Positions 1 through 12,738 are shown, counted from the whole stretch's first letter. The stretch is 62,914 nt of DNA, filler included, from Octopus bimaculoides (GCF_001194135.2; 7 parts of 6 records of this genome joined end to end with filler, not necessarily neighbours in it), one strand, 5' to 3'. The notes: generated from the letters alone by a model not told the origin. Numbers and translations: made by a program.

Positions 1-57
<57 letters not shown>

Positions 58-66
58 GCACACACA
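1..66. repeat. (CA)n microsatellite
   Basis: Direct reading. Many further (TA)n, (CA)n, (GA)n, (TATG)n, (TATC)n and (GACA)n tracts occur across the window, mostly next to N gaps. Confidence 0.95.
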
Positions 67-94
67 CATATACACGCACGTGTGTTTGTTTGCG

Positions 95-272
95 TATATA
101 CCCCACCACTGCTTAATAACTGGTGTTGCATTGTTTGCATCTTCTTAACCTAAGGAGACCAATAGAATAAGCGCTACACTTCAAAAATAAGTGCAGGGGA
201 GATTTGAACGGCTAAACTCTTCAAGGTGGTACACCAGCATGGCCGTAGTCCAATAAATGAAACAATATAAAG
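95..272 (+). mobile_element. Degenerate 3' half of SINE family A
   Basis: gaccaatagaataag...aaggtggtacaccagcatggccgtagtc...gaaacaatataaaga resembles the 3' half of the copy at 5168-5571. Confidence 0.6.
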
Positions 273-1462
273 ATATCAATTTACCAAAATCTTATAACAC
301 CAGACATACCAACAGTCTTCAACCAATTTATACGCTGAGCATTATAGATAATAGATGTATAAACGACAAAGATGAATTCTATTCATCAGATTACATTTCC
401 TAAACAATTTTAGAAGTATAACATTTATCAGTACTCCTCAAAATTTGAAAATATATTCAAGCCATGGGGATGTTATTCATCAAGCTGTTGGAAGCCATCA
501 CATTTTGCATCTCACAGGAAGTTTTAATGGATATCTCTATTACTGTCTGGTATAAGTTTTTATTTATAATCTATGTCTTAGTGATGACAGAAAGCCGTTT
601 GTGTTGTTCTACTTTATGAAAATTCCTAATTTCTTGGCAGAGTGCAGACAGAGGTATGAGATGCTGTTAACGTAAGCGATAATCATATTTAATTGACGTA
701 AGTAGAGAAATTTCAGCTTTTAGCTTTTAATATATACCATTGTTAATTCCAGTTATGACACAATCATGTCTCAATCAATGAGGGTGGTGAGGAAGAATCG
801 CTAGAGTACTGGAACGTGTATATGTATATGTATATGTATATGTATCTGTATATATATATATATATATANNNNNNNNNNNNNNNNNNNNNNNNNNNNNNNN
901 NNNNNNNNNNNNNNNNNNNNNNNNNNNNNNNNNNNNNNNNNNNNNNNNNNNNNNNNNNNNNNNNNNNNNNNNNNNNNNNNNNNNNNNNNNNNNNNNNNNN
1001 NNNNNNNNNNNNNNNNNNNNNNNNNNNNNNNNNNNNNNNNNNNNNNNNNNNNNNNNNNNNNNNNNNNNNNNNNNNNNNNNNNNNNNNNNNNNNNNNNNNN
1101 NNNNNNNNNNNNNNNNNNNNNNNNNNNNNNNNNNNNNNNNNNNNNNNNNNNNNNNNNNNNNNNNNNNNNNNNNNNNNNNNNNNNNNNNNNNNNNNNNNNN
1201 NNNNNNNNNNNNNNNNNNNNNNNNNNNNNNNNNNNNNNNNNNNNNNNNNNNNNNNNNNNNNNNNNNNNNNNNNNNNNNNNNNNNNNNNNNNNNNNNNNNN
1301 NNNNNNNNNNNNNNNNNNNNNNNNNNNNNNNNNNNNNNNNNNNNNNNNNNNNNNNNNNNNNNNNNNNNNNNNNNNNNNNNNNNNNNNNNNNNNNNNNNNN
1401 NNNNNNNNNNNNNNNNNNNNNNNNNNNNNNNNNNNNNNNNNNNNNNNNNNNNNNNNNATATA

Positions 1463-1959
1463 CTAGCAGCTAAGCCCGGTTTCACCCGGTCGGTTTGGAT
1501 GATGTGGCTGTAAAACCTGCTCTGTGTAAGCATTCGACTTGTTTGGGCACGATTACGTTAAAAAACAATTTTAGAATGACATTTTTCTGTAAAAAAGCTA
1601 AAAATAACTGACCAACAAAAAAATACCAACCATGATTCAAAAAAATAAAAAAATTAAACCAAATACTAAGCGAACAAAGATGAACCAGCCCACTTCCGTT
1701 GCGCGCGCGCGCACACACACCACACAAACACACACACACGCGCACACACACGTATACACACACACGCACATACACATTCACATACCCCCTTTTACATAAA
1801 CGCATATATTCACACAGAGTTGAAACGCTGTTTGATTTATTTTTTCAGCGTACAATTTTCATCATCCCACTACCAAGTATGACATCACCCCTTCCTTCCT
1901 TATTCATCTATCACCCCTTCCTTTCTCATTCATAAACACAAGAGTATTATTATAGTAGA
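1463..1959 (-). mobile_element. Complete non-autonomous Helitron (497 bp)
   Basis: Minus strand starts A|TCTACTATAATAATA (host A at 1960) and ends GACCGGGTGAAACCGGGC hairpin - TTAGCTG - CTAG|T (host T at 1462). This gives canonical TC...CTAG termini in an AT target with no TSD. Internal (CA)n/(CG)n tract at about 1700-1780. Confidence 0.8.
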
Positions 1960-2574
1960 TTATCTCGGTAACCATGGGAGCTATGAAAAAATACAAAGCC
2001 CAGCATCACCACCGGATCATTCTACACATCTGTGTAATTTTTCGCGCAATTCCNNNNNNNNNNNNNNNNNNNNNNNNNNNNNNNNNNNNNNNNNNNNNNN
2101 NNNNNNNNNNNNNNNNNNNNNNNNNNNNNNNNNNNNNNNNNNNNNNNNNNNNNNNNNNNNNNNNNNNNNNNNNNNNNNNNNNNNNNNNNNNNNNNNNNNN
2201 NNNNNNNNNNNNNNNNNNNNNNNNNNNNNNNNNNNNNNNNNNNNNNNNNNNNNNNNNNNNNNNNNNNNNNNNNNNNNNNNNNNNNNNNNNNNNNNNNNNN
2301 NNNNNNNNNNNNNNNNNNNNNNNNNNNNNNNNNNNNNNNNNNNNNNNNNNNNNNNNNNNNNNNNNNNNNNNNTATACGGTTTATAGCTTAGATATAGGTA
2401 TTATCTGTATAGAATACATCTCGTAGTGCTCAACAGATTTGAACTTGAACAGATAGAGGAGTAAATGTAAGGACAAATCACGTTAGGCAAGTCGATATAC
2501 AAAAAAAAAAACCCATATTAAATACATTTAATACAAAAAATGTACATACGTATGCATATAATAAAGTTCGACTT

Positions 2575-2630
2575 AGAATGGAAAGTCCGTCTTACACAGA
2601 ATGGAAAGTCCGTCTTACACAGAATGGAAA
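2575..2630. repeat. 23-bp tandem repeat (2.4 copies)
   Basis: agaatggaaagtccgtcttacac twice, plus agaatggaaa. Confidence 0.9.
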
Positions 2631-2639
2631 TAATATCAG

Positions 2640-3665
2640 GAATTAAGGGGGATGAGTAGGAGTTTACGAGTCCAACAGCTGTTTCTGTGGGCTTGGTGGT
2701 CCAAAATAATGCTTGTAACTTGATTCTATGATCGGATACTACCAGCCTTCGTCTTCTGGGAAGAATTTTACATTTGAGGTGTTGACAGAATGGAGATTAA
2801 AGATGAAATGGTTTTGTGGAGAACTAAGTATATTAGAAAGATGAGTTGGGGAGGTGTTTAGATCGAGAGTAGTGGGAGGAGAAAATAGATTTTGGGGTTA
2901 GGGTTAGTAATGAGGCTAGTGAGAGTAGTAGAGGCTGAAGGTGAGAGGGAGGGTGAAGGGTGGTTTAGCTAGTATGCGAAAGATGACCTTTGTGTTAGTT
3001 TGTATGAAGGCTGTAGAGTTAAAGTTTGAGATAAAGAAACAAGGATGGTTATTATATTGTGAGAAGGTGGTCAAAAGTAGTTGTTAGTGGGACAAAGAAA
3101 TTGGGTTGGTATTGGAGCGGGAGGAGTACGGAATTGAATAGAGGGGTGTGAGTAGGGAGGGAGTAGAAGTAGATTGGTTAGTTTTCAAAGGCGTGGGGCA
3201 TTGTTAAGTACTTTTAAAGACTGGAGAGAGTGGGGAGACTAAGAGAGAGGAGTGAAGTAGTTGATTTGAAGAATTTGGAAGAAATTGGAGGTGTGTGTAT
3301 GAAAGGGAGTAGGAGGGATTAGTATTTTTTAAGTAGTACGTTACAAGGCTGATTGTCTTGGCTTATGGTTTATTTGGTATGAAAACATTATGGGATTATA
3401 TAGATTTGGCGAAGTGTGTGAAAGATGAGTAGTACCTGTGTTTACAAGAATGAAAAACAGAGAATCTATTAAGTAATGAGGAGTTATGAAGACGAAGAAT
3501 GGTTAACGATTCTTTTAACTTACATTTGGCGATGTTTGCATTGTATGGGAACTTCGCTTATTATGGACCAGAATAGCATGGAATATTTTGGGATTTGAGG
3601 TCGTGCATATACGTTGCTAAGGAGGTTGACGATTTAGTATTTGAATGTGTAAGTCGAACTTTTTT
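2640..3665 (-). mobile_element. Penelope-like element 3' fragment (GIY-YIG C-terminus plus pyrimidine-rich 3' UTR)
   Basis: Minus-strand translation gives RLTHSNTKSSTSLATYMHDLKSKNIP...KFPYNANIAKCKLKESLTILRLHNSSLLNRFSVFHSCKHR, matching the decayed S-F-R..STxLxxYxWxLK / PYN..KRCxLC..EK / LLN....CxH end of PLE endonucleases. Confidence 0.72.
2671..2763 (-). ncRNA. Degenerate type I hammerhead ribozyme in the PLE 3' region
   Basis: Minus: ttcc-CAGAAGA (CUGAAGA with U4 to A)-long stem II (ggctggtag..atcc / gga..cacca.agcc)-GAAA-cagctg-T-T-gga; palindromic stem III ACAGCTGT. Confidence 0.5.
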
Positions 3666-3756
3666 ATATGTATACATTTGTACATTTTTTATATTTAATG
3701 TATTTAATATTTTTTGTATATCGACTTGGCTAACTTATTTGTCTTTACATTTACTC

Positions 3757-3825
<69 letters not shown>

Positions 3826-5167
3826 CACTGGAGCTGGTAACTATTATTATCTTTTATGGTGGGTGTTGCTTAATTCGTCGACAATACAACTTGTAACTAC
3901 TAATATCCTTTATTAAGATATTCTACTCCTCTGAAGACAGTAGTTGGCTTATATGGAAATCCTTCTTCAATGACCTATGTACCATGTGCACAACTATTCT
4001 AGAAATAGATGTAAGAGACTTTTTGCATTATTTCTTAATCCCTTATTAACAATCATTTACAATTCTGAACTTATGTTGGAATTATAAATTACATGCTCTA
4101 AAGTGATAACCTATGTTTTGCTCGTTCATTCATTTTTTTCTTATATATACCTACCTGGTCAGTAGATGAACCACTTATAGCCATTCTTTGCTAGGCAGCT
4201 ACAACACCACTTTTATTTTAGTTGCACTTCAAGTCGGAGTTTTAGTGGTAAACCAACCCGAGCACTTATCACACATACCTATTACATCATTTCGTTAGAC
4301 GAAATTCATTCATATATATATATATATATATATANNNNNNNNNNNNNNNNNNNNNNNNNNNNNNNNNNNNNNNNNNNNNNNNNNNNNNNNNNNNNNNNNN
4401 NNNNNNNNNNNNNNNNNNNNNNNNNNNNNNNNNNNNNNNNNNNNNNNNNNNNNNNNNNNNNNNNNNNNNNNNNNNNNNNNNNNNNNNNNNNNNNNNNNNN
4501 NNNNNNNNNNNNNNNNNNNNNNNNNNNNNNNNNNNNNNNNNNNNNNNNNNNNNNNNNNNNNNNNNNNNNNNNNNNNNNNNNNNNNNNNNNNNNNNNNNNN
4601 NNNNNNNNNNNNNNNNNNNNNNNNNNNNNNNNNNNNNNNNNNNNNNNNNNNNNNNNNNNNNNNNNNNNNNNNNNNNNNNNNNNNNNNNNNNNNNNNNNNN
4701 NNNNNNNNNNNNNNNNNNNNNNNNNNNNNNNNNNNNNNNNNNNNNNNNNNNNNNNNNNNNNNNNNNNNNNNNNNNNNNNNNNNNNNNNNNNNNNNNNNNN
4801 NNNNNNNNNNNNNNNNNNATATATGAATATATATATATATACATATATGTATATAGACACTCACATATATATGCATACATACATGTGTGTATGCGCGCGC
4901 GCGCGCGCGCGCGCGTGTGTGTGTATATACATACCCTGCAGTATCTAGTGCACTGCTCTGCGTTTTGAGTTCAAATACCATTAAAGTCAACTGTGCCTTT
5001 CATCTCAGGAGTCTAAACAGAATAAAGGATCTGTGAAGCACTAATATTGATCTAATCAGCTAACCCCATCCCCCAAATTTCTGGCCATGCGTTTATGTTA
5101 TAAATAATTATTTGAATCTATTGCAACAAGTGTTTTTATTATATTTTATTATATTCATTGTTACCAT

Positions 5168-5571
5168 GTGGCTATGTGGTAAATAGCTTGCTTACCAGCC
5201 ACATGGTCCCGGGTTCAGTCCCACTGCGTGGCATCTTGGGCAAGTGTCTTCTACTATAGCCTCGGGCCGACCAAAGCCTTGTGAGTGGATTTGGTAGACG
5301 GAAACTGAAAGAAGCCCGTCGTATATATGTATATGTATATATATGTGTGTGTTTGTGTGTCTGTGTTTGTCCCCCCAACATCGCTTGACAACCGATGCTG
5401 GTGTGTTTATGTCCCCGTAACTTAGCGGTTCGGCAAAAGAGACCGATAGAATAAGTACTAGGCTTCCAAAGAATAAGTCCTGGTGTTGATTTGCTCGACT
5501 AAAGGCGGTGCTCCAGCATGGCCGCAGTCAAAAGACTGAAACAAGTAAAAGAGTAAAAGAGTAAAAGAGTA
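5168..5571 (+). mobile_element. Near full-length tRNA-derived SINE, family A
   Basis: Pol III A-box-like tggctatgtgg, B-box-like gggttcagtcc, CORE-like cttgggcaagtgtctt, internal (TA)/(TG) tract and (GTAAAAGA)3 tail. At least 10 related copies occur in the window. Confidence 0.9.
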
Positions 5572-7835
5572 ATCAACTCAAAATTTAAAGCCTTTAATAC
5601 CCTGTCAGTATCAAATTTATCTAATTCTATCATAACAAGATGTGTAGAGATAACTTTGTTATATGTCTTACTAGAATATGTTATAGCCATCGAACGTATT
5701 TTCATAATAGTTGACTCGTTCAGTAATAAACTTAAGTTCTCGTCTGCTCTGTCTGTAATCGAGTTCTCAAAATGAATAATGATTATGTCTTTTTAATCCC
5801 TGCATTCTTAGTCTGGAAATCATTTTGTTATTATAAATAATGTTTTTCGTCACTCGGTTAGATTTTTCCCATTCATTATTGTGCAATGGCAGCTCGTAAA
5901 CATGGCGATACTCTCTTCAAGCTAGTTGTGTCGTTGCGTTTAGGCGTAATATATTTTCATAGGAATGACACTAATATGCTTTTATGATTTCATACGTGTA
6001 ATAAGATCTCACTTATTTGCAATGGCATCCCACTTGCAAAATTCAAATATTTCAATGAAATATTTCTTTCAACTGCAGTTAAATATCTTTAAAAAGGTTA
6101 TAATTCATTACATGCTGATTTTGTTCCGGCATTTTAAGGCTTAGAAATATGAAGGATTTCAAAAATTCAAAGATTCAAAGCATAACTGCAGTAATTGAAC
6201 AGCTTATAATTAGACTGTTATTTATTCGTCTTCCCGTTATTTAAAGTGTAACTGTACCGACTTCCTTTTTACAATGATAAACGTGACATCTAGAAAAATG
6301 AACGTTGCAGTAAAACTAAAAAAATTGAGAAGTTTGCGAGGATTTTTACGTGTATTCTTTCAAAATTAAAATGATATATATAAAAAGGGTAAAAGAATTA
6401 TTTATGCTCACATACCCAGTTTGAGATAAATTAAAACAATGTATTTAAGCAATAGGCTTTCAAAAAAAAAAAAAAAAAACTAAACAAAACAGAAGAAAAC
6501 AATATAATAAAAATAATCTTTACTGAAAACAATAATATAATAATTCATGAAATTGCTGATAGTTATTTTTAAAGAATTATGGAAAAAAAAAAATGCTATT
6601 TGAACTTTAAGTTGGGGAAACAGGAGAGACTTCCTGAGCTGACTTGTTCACCTGCAAAAGACTTCTTATACGTCTTTCTTTTGCACCAATATCCTTATAT
6701 AAAATGATATTTGGAAAAAAAGTTCTACAAATCCTTGATTTGTAATTCAATACCGCAATATTCGCCTTGAGAAAGCCTCTGATATAGACGTATCATGCAT
6801 ATCTAAAGAAGGCAATGTGCAGTTCTCTTGCAAAAATATCTCCACCAATTGTGCGGTTTTCTCTTTTCTACTCTTATGAAAAAAAAAAAAAAGATGATCC
6901 CGTAAGCAATACCCTGAAGCGGTACCCATCCATCCACCTCTCATCTCTTGGACTGGTAGCTTTCAATCAATTGACTCCATCTAGTATGTGTTGACAGAGC
7001 TCTTTTTGCTCGACTCTCGTCCAGGATCTTAATTCATATTTCTCCCACGCTTTTCTTCAATGACTCTCAACAACATCTACTCTTATATAGATAATAGAAC
7101 TCTTCTTTCCTCAATAACTTTCTTTACCATGCATCACCCACATGTAACCTAGAAACCACACGCCAAACCTGCATCAATTCCATGGACAGAGATCTTGAGA
7201 GCATCGTTCACTGTAGCCATACCAACGCTGTCTCTTTTAACATCCACTCCAAAACAAAACAAAATAAAACATCTCCCTCTCCTAACCTCAAGTACTACTA
7301 ATTCCATGGAAACATTGTCACACCCTCATTAAACATTAGCAGCATTCATTAGCGAAAACACATCATTTACATCGTTAGGATTGCAAGCCAAAGACTCCCC
7401 CGCCTCTTCAATCCCAACAGCTGCTAACACTCTACGAGGCTTTAGTGAGACTCACAATTAGGACTGCTATCACATCTAGAACAGTGTTACTGCTACGCAC
7501 ACAAACATACTGGACTATATCTATAGAAAGGTCATTTGATTGAGTGACATGGCGTTCAATCTCTAACAGACATACTTCAGTCTCTGGCCCTCAAGCATAC
7601 CGTCTCCTCTTTCTTCGTTTCTTCTATCGCTACTATAATGGCCTCTATTTTTTGGAACTGCACGGTATCGTATCAATATCATTCAGGCACATCCGACCCA
7701 CTCGTCTTTCCCCTTTTCGTCATCCTTGTTGCACCCAATCAACAGCCTAGCACTAAACAGTTATGTTCAGTTCTTTCTTCTCAGAACATCGTACCTTCTG
7801 AAAGCTTCATCTTGCTCATGTTTTTTCTGCAACTG

Positions 7836-7949
7836 TATCGTAGCAGACAAGAACCGTCTGGTAAGGGTGGGTTCAGATTTCAGTACACTAGAATCGTGTG
7901 ATCTGGCAGTTCAGGTGCCTATACTAGACGGTTCTCGTCTGCTACGATA
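7836..7949. repeat. 114-bp foldback with 27-bp inverted arms
   Basis: tatcgtagcagacaagaaccgtctggt (7836-7862) versus actagacggttctcgtctgctacgata (7923-7949): 25 of 27 positions complementary. Confidence 0.88.
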
Positions 7950-8064
7950 TGTGTTTGTGCTGTGCTTTTAACACCGTACGTCTATATGAGTGGCCCCACC
8001 TCAAGGCTAATACCGCGGTATTCGACGTTCTAATCATATACATACACGTTTATCAGGAAAGATT

Positions 8065-8211
8065 TAGGTGAACAAATCGACCCCAGTACTTTTTGCCGAA
8101 CCGCTAAGTTACTGAGACGTAAACAAACCAACACTGGTTGTCAAGAGGTGTGTATGTATGTGTGTGTGTGTGTGTGTGTGTGTGGACAAACATAGACAAA
8201 AAGACACCCCG

Positions 8212-8258
<47 letters not shown>

Positions 8259-8398
8259 TCACGCTGAACTGCCTCATAGTTTACGTCTACCAAATTCACT
8301 CACCGGTCATTGGTCGGCAATTGTAAAAGACAATAATATTGAACCCGAAATCACGCAGTTGCAAAGCAAGCGTCTTTAACCACACAGCTATGCTTGCA
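8065..8398 (-). mobile_element. SINE family A, diverged
   Basis: Reverse complement of family A motifs (ttttgccgaaccgctaagttac, gtctaccaaat, accacacagc). Confidence 0.75.
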
Positions 8399-8679
8399 CC
8401 AATAATGAAAACGAAACAAAACAAAGCTCGTTGAGGCAAAATAATTGCGTAATTCTGATTGGAATTTATTAAACCGTCCTTTTCTGCTGTTGTATCTTAT
8501 TTAACTGATTAATTTGCCATGTAATATTCCTTCTTCTTGTTCTTTAAACCTTTGCGTTTGTCTTTTGCTAGTAGTTCAGTGTTCTGTTTTTGCTTTTAAT
8601 CTTCCTGATTGTATGCATGACATTTATCTATATTTGTTTTTACTTTTCCTGACATCCCTAGTGCTATACTTACCATGCG

Positions 8680-8720
<41 letters not shown>

Positions 8721-9671
8721 TTATAACAATGATGATGATGATGATGATGGTAATGTAAGGACACACTTTGTCGACGTCATGCTAAAACTGTAACTCTAAA
8801 TATTAAGTTAATCTACGCTTATATAAAAATGTTTTAAAAAATATAAAATTTTTAACACACGTACACACACACGTACGCATGCACACACACACTTATCTAT
8901 CTATCTCTTATCTATCTATCTCTGTATCTAACTGTAGGTTACTGAAAAATTTCTCGATAATATTTTTGATTTCATTTCTAACAAGCATCTATTGCTTCTA
9001 TAATTGCAGCAACGTTCGAGATGTTTGATATGACAATTTTTCTGTACTTTATATTTCTAACTTTGCTTGCAGGATTGTTTTTATACACCGAGCAAGCTAT
9101 TTTAATTAGCATACAATACTCGAATATTTTGTTTTCTACATTAATATCAATGTTTCTTTTTTCGAATCTTTATTTGTATATTTTTGTATATCGCAAGTAA
9201 ATACGATATTATTTTATTTTTTAGTTTGACTACCTTCTCTGATCTGCAGCTATACTATCTATCGATCGTTAGAACCTTGTTACCAATTTATATATGTTTT
9301 TCCAGTGGAAAGAGAAAATACTGTTTATCTATATCTCTCGATTTCTTCAGATATGTCTACAGTAGGCAAGTAGGCCAACTTAATGATTTCGCCAGACTAA
9401 CCATGTCTAATTGATCAAACTTAATATTCTGTTTAAGAAAATGGTCTTTGTAGTGCGTAGTTAGTCCATGTTGGTCTTTAGCTTTCATTATTATGCTTTC
9501 CATTTCTGTATTTGTTTGTTGTTTTTGTGCTTAAGAACGGCTCAGATCGAGCAAAATGAATCTGCGATTGGTTGTTGTGAGTCGTAGATCAGCCGGTTGG
9601 AAATCTATAAGACGTGATGCCGTTGTTTACAAATTCATGATAAAAGAACAAAACAAAGCGAAACAAAAAGA

Positions 9672-9795
9672 ACATGGCCACGCAATTTCGGGTTCAGTTT
9701 CACTGCGCGACACATTGGGAAAGTGTCTTCTGTCATAATCCTGTGCTTTGTTGGTTAATTTCGTAGACGAAAACAGCATGAAACCCCAGTGTGTA
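9672..9795 (+). mobile_element. SINE family A 5' fragment
   Basis: gggttcagtttcactgcgcgacacattgggaaagtgtcttct...gtagacgaaaac. Confidence 0.55.
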
Positions 9796-10089
9796 CACAC
9801 ACACACACACACACACACACANNNNNNNNNNNNNNNNNNNNNNNNNNNNNNNNNNNNNNNNNNNNNNNNNNNNNNNNNNNNNNNNNNNNNNNNNNNNNNN
9901 NNNNNNNNNNNNNNNNNNNNNNNNNNNNNNNNNNNNNNAAATATAAGTAGCAAGAATACTGGAGATTCAGTAAACAACACGTGGTGAAATTATGAGTTGA
10001 AAAAATGTAAAGAAAAATGAAGAAAAATGCCTTCGTTTCGCATAGTTTAATATTTTTTTATATAAATATATACATATTAAATGGGTGTT

Positions 10090-10615
10090 GTAAAATCCAA
10101 CCGGTTTTCGCTATTTAAATTAGCTTTTCAAGGGGTATTGTGTAGTGATTCATTCGCATGATGAGGGGCTTTCGCCATCTTGGTTGTTTGAAAAATAAGA
10201 AAGGATTTAGAGAGTGAACCAAGGGAGGTAATGGGTGTCAAGGGGGATAACTGATTACTTAGTATTGTTTCTGGGGTTGTCATGTTTTAATATTGAGGTG
10301 TGGTTTATATTTTTGAATGAAGAAGTTCTCTTTATTTAGTCGTTGTTGCACTGAAATTGAATCTTTGCAGTGGTACAGGGGGAAGATAAAGAACTTCGGC
10401 GTTTGATCACTTGCACATCTGTCAAGATGTGCGCTCAGTGCAATTTGCCTGTACTGGGAGAAGCGAATCTGTTCCTTATGCACCGTGACTCTGCGTCTCA
10501 AAGAAAGGCTCGTTTGGCCTACATAGTGATGGCCACAACCTGAGCAGGTTAGGACATAGATAAGGTTGTGGGAGGCACATGTGACGTTAGTTTTGATAGA
10601 GAATTTTTGTCCTTG
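10090..10615 (-). mobile_element. Penelope-like element: GIY-YIG endonuclease plus 3' UTR (Neptune/Poseidon-like type)
   Basis: Minus: NVTCASHNLIYVLTCSGCGHHYVGQTSLSLRRRVTVHKEQIR...LSAHLDRC...FFIFPL...RLNKENFFIQKYKPHLN*. Contains the IY...YVG motif and the CCHH residues. Confidence 0.85.
10096..10135 (-). ncRNA. Decayed hammerhead ribozyme relic
   Basis: Minus: cc-CTTGAAAA-gcta atttaaa tagc-GAA-AACCGGTT-gg. Stem II, GAAA and the palindromic stem III are retained; the CUGANGA box is mutated. Confidence 0.4.
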
Positions 10616-10657
<42 letters not shown>

Positions 10658-10862
10658 NNNNNNNNNNNNNNNNNNNNNNNNNNNNNNNNNNNNNNNNNNN
10701 NNNNNNNNNNNNNNNNNNNNNNNNNNNNNNNNNNNNNNNNNNNNNNNNNNNNNNNNNNNNNNNNNNNNNNNNNNNNNNNNNNNNNNNNNNNNNNNNNNNN
10801 NNNNNNNNNNNNNNNNNNNNNNNNNNNNNNNNNNNNNNNNNNNNNNNNNNNNNNNNNNNNNN

Positions 10863-10919
<57 letters not shown>

Positions 10920-11012
10920 TTGGGGTTGATTTGTTCGACTAAAACCCTTCAAAGTGGTGCTCCACCACGACCGCAGTTCAATAGCTGAAACGAGTAAAAA
11001 GAAAAAGAATAA
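10920..11012 (+). mobile_element. SINE family A 3' tail
   Basis: ggggttgatttgttcgactaa...gtggtgctcc...gaaacgagtaaaaaga. Confidence 0.6.
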
Positions 11013-11519
11013 AAGGATGAAAAATAGGCGCTCCATCCTAAATCGTTTCATCATTTATTGAACATACTTCATCTTTATTTAAGACATTGTAAATTTAGCT
11101 GAGATGATTAACAAGCCTAAGGATCACATAGAAGTTTCTTCTTTGATTTCCAATTTAGTTGTGAACTCAAGGAACAAATTATAACTGATTTGTTCAAAAC
11201 CAGCAGACTGGTTTATAAGTTTATTTCGTTGAATACTCTGTCAAATGTAATGCTTATTTATTCACATTATTTTCAATAAAGTGTACATTATCACATAGCT
11301 TTGAGATTTCGATGATGTGATTGTTTATTTTAAGAACGAAATTATAGGGTAAAATTATATTTTAAGAACGAAATGATAGGCTGGATCTGGTCAGTTTGAA
11401 CATAAACTGGTAGAATGTTTGGGCCGGATATGGCCGGTTTAAATGCTAAAGAGATAACGCAGCCCATATTTATATTTCACGGACGACCTTCATCACCCTA
11501 ATTTTAAGAAGACATTTTT

Positions 11520-11900
11520 CTAAAAACTTTAGATCCTCCTGCTTTGGTGCATTGAGCGGCAAGTTTCTTCCACCAGGTTTGGTCGGTTGCTACTCTTGCA
11601 CATGCATTCTACGTAATGTTGTCTTCAGGTTATCTCAAAACGAAATGTCTGTCGACTTAGTGATCTTCGGCCCTCCCCCTTTTACGTCTGCCAACAGATG
11701 CTACCTAAATCATAGTTGTTTTCGAATGCCGGTGATCAAACAGACAGACAGAAAAATGTGGCCGACCGGGAGGAATTGGCGCTTCGCTACATTTTTGAAG
11801 TAGTTGTGATATCGATCTTCGCAGGATCTCTTGTGTGATATGTTACCGCCAGCTAATTCTCAGGATATTCCTGACGTACCTTTGATCCAATACGTTTAAT
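11520..11900 (-). mobile_element. RTE-clade LINE 3' end, decayed
   Basis: Minus: LDQRYVRNILRISWR*HITQEILRRS...DHRHSKTTMI*V..VGRRKGGGPK, similar to the RTE C-terminal LRxILxIxWxxxxTNEEV...GRRxRGRP region. Confidence 0.6.
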
Positions 11901-12738
11901 GAATTTGATTTATAAAAGAGAAGATGAATATTAGACATCTTATCATGCGATGGCCCTGAAATATTTTTAACGGAACCTAATTTGGGAAACATTGCCAATG
12001 GTAAATGGAAATTTAGTGTCACTTTCGATTGTTACAGTTTCGATTTATAGGATTAATTTTCTTTTCTTACATCTGTAGACAGAGGGTAGTAGTGGCAACA
12101 CCGGAAGAGTATGAGAAAGGTGTGTTATTACATTTAGTTTTAAATCCTGAGTTCAAATCCCGAAAGATCAATTTTCTTCTCTAACAATTGAAATCGATAA
12201 AGGAATCACTAGTCAAATACTGGGCTGATATTAATGAACTTTTCTTCCCATGTATGTAAAATAAATTACTAAATTTACAAGATAATTAAGAAATAGTTGT
12301 GTCTCAGAAGGTCGTGAGCATTTCATGTAGTCTTAGGGAATATGTTTAAAGGAGGCCCAAACTAATTCTTTAACTTCCATTTATGTTACAAGTTACTGAA
12401 GGTGGTGGATTGACTGAAGGTGGTGGAGTTATTATAGCGTCAGACAAAAATGCTATGCAGTATATCTGCCGGATATTTATGTTCTGTGTTCAAATCCTGT
12501 CGAGATCAGCTTTACATTTCATTCTTTTGGAGTCAATAAAATAAAGAATCTGTTAAGTCTTCCCAAAATTGCTGTGCTTCTACATGTGCACACAAATCAG
12601 AAAAGTTATGTCGGTTGGCTTTAGTTTATATGTATATAAATGTAGTTAGTGTTGTTATTTCTGCAAAATATATTCTGTGTTCTTAAGTTCTGATAGTTTA
12701 TTCTTCGAGAAGTAAATCTGTAATTCATATGTGATATA

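Noticed and set aside
6920-7480. Additional LINE fragment on the minus strand
   Set aside because: Only a faint VKKVIEE-like resemblance with many stops; not supportable by eye. The same applies to faint LINE-like stretches at 53900-54000 and 57370-57560.
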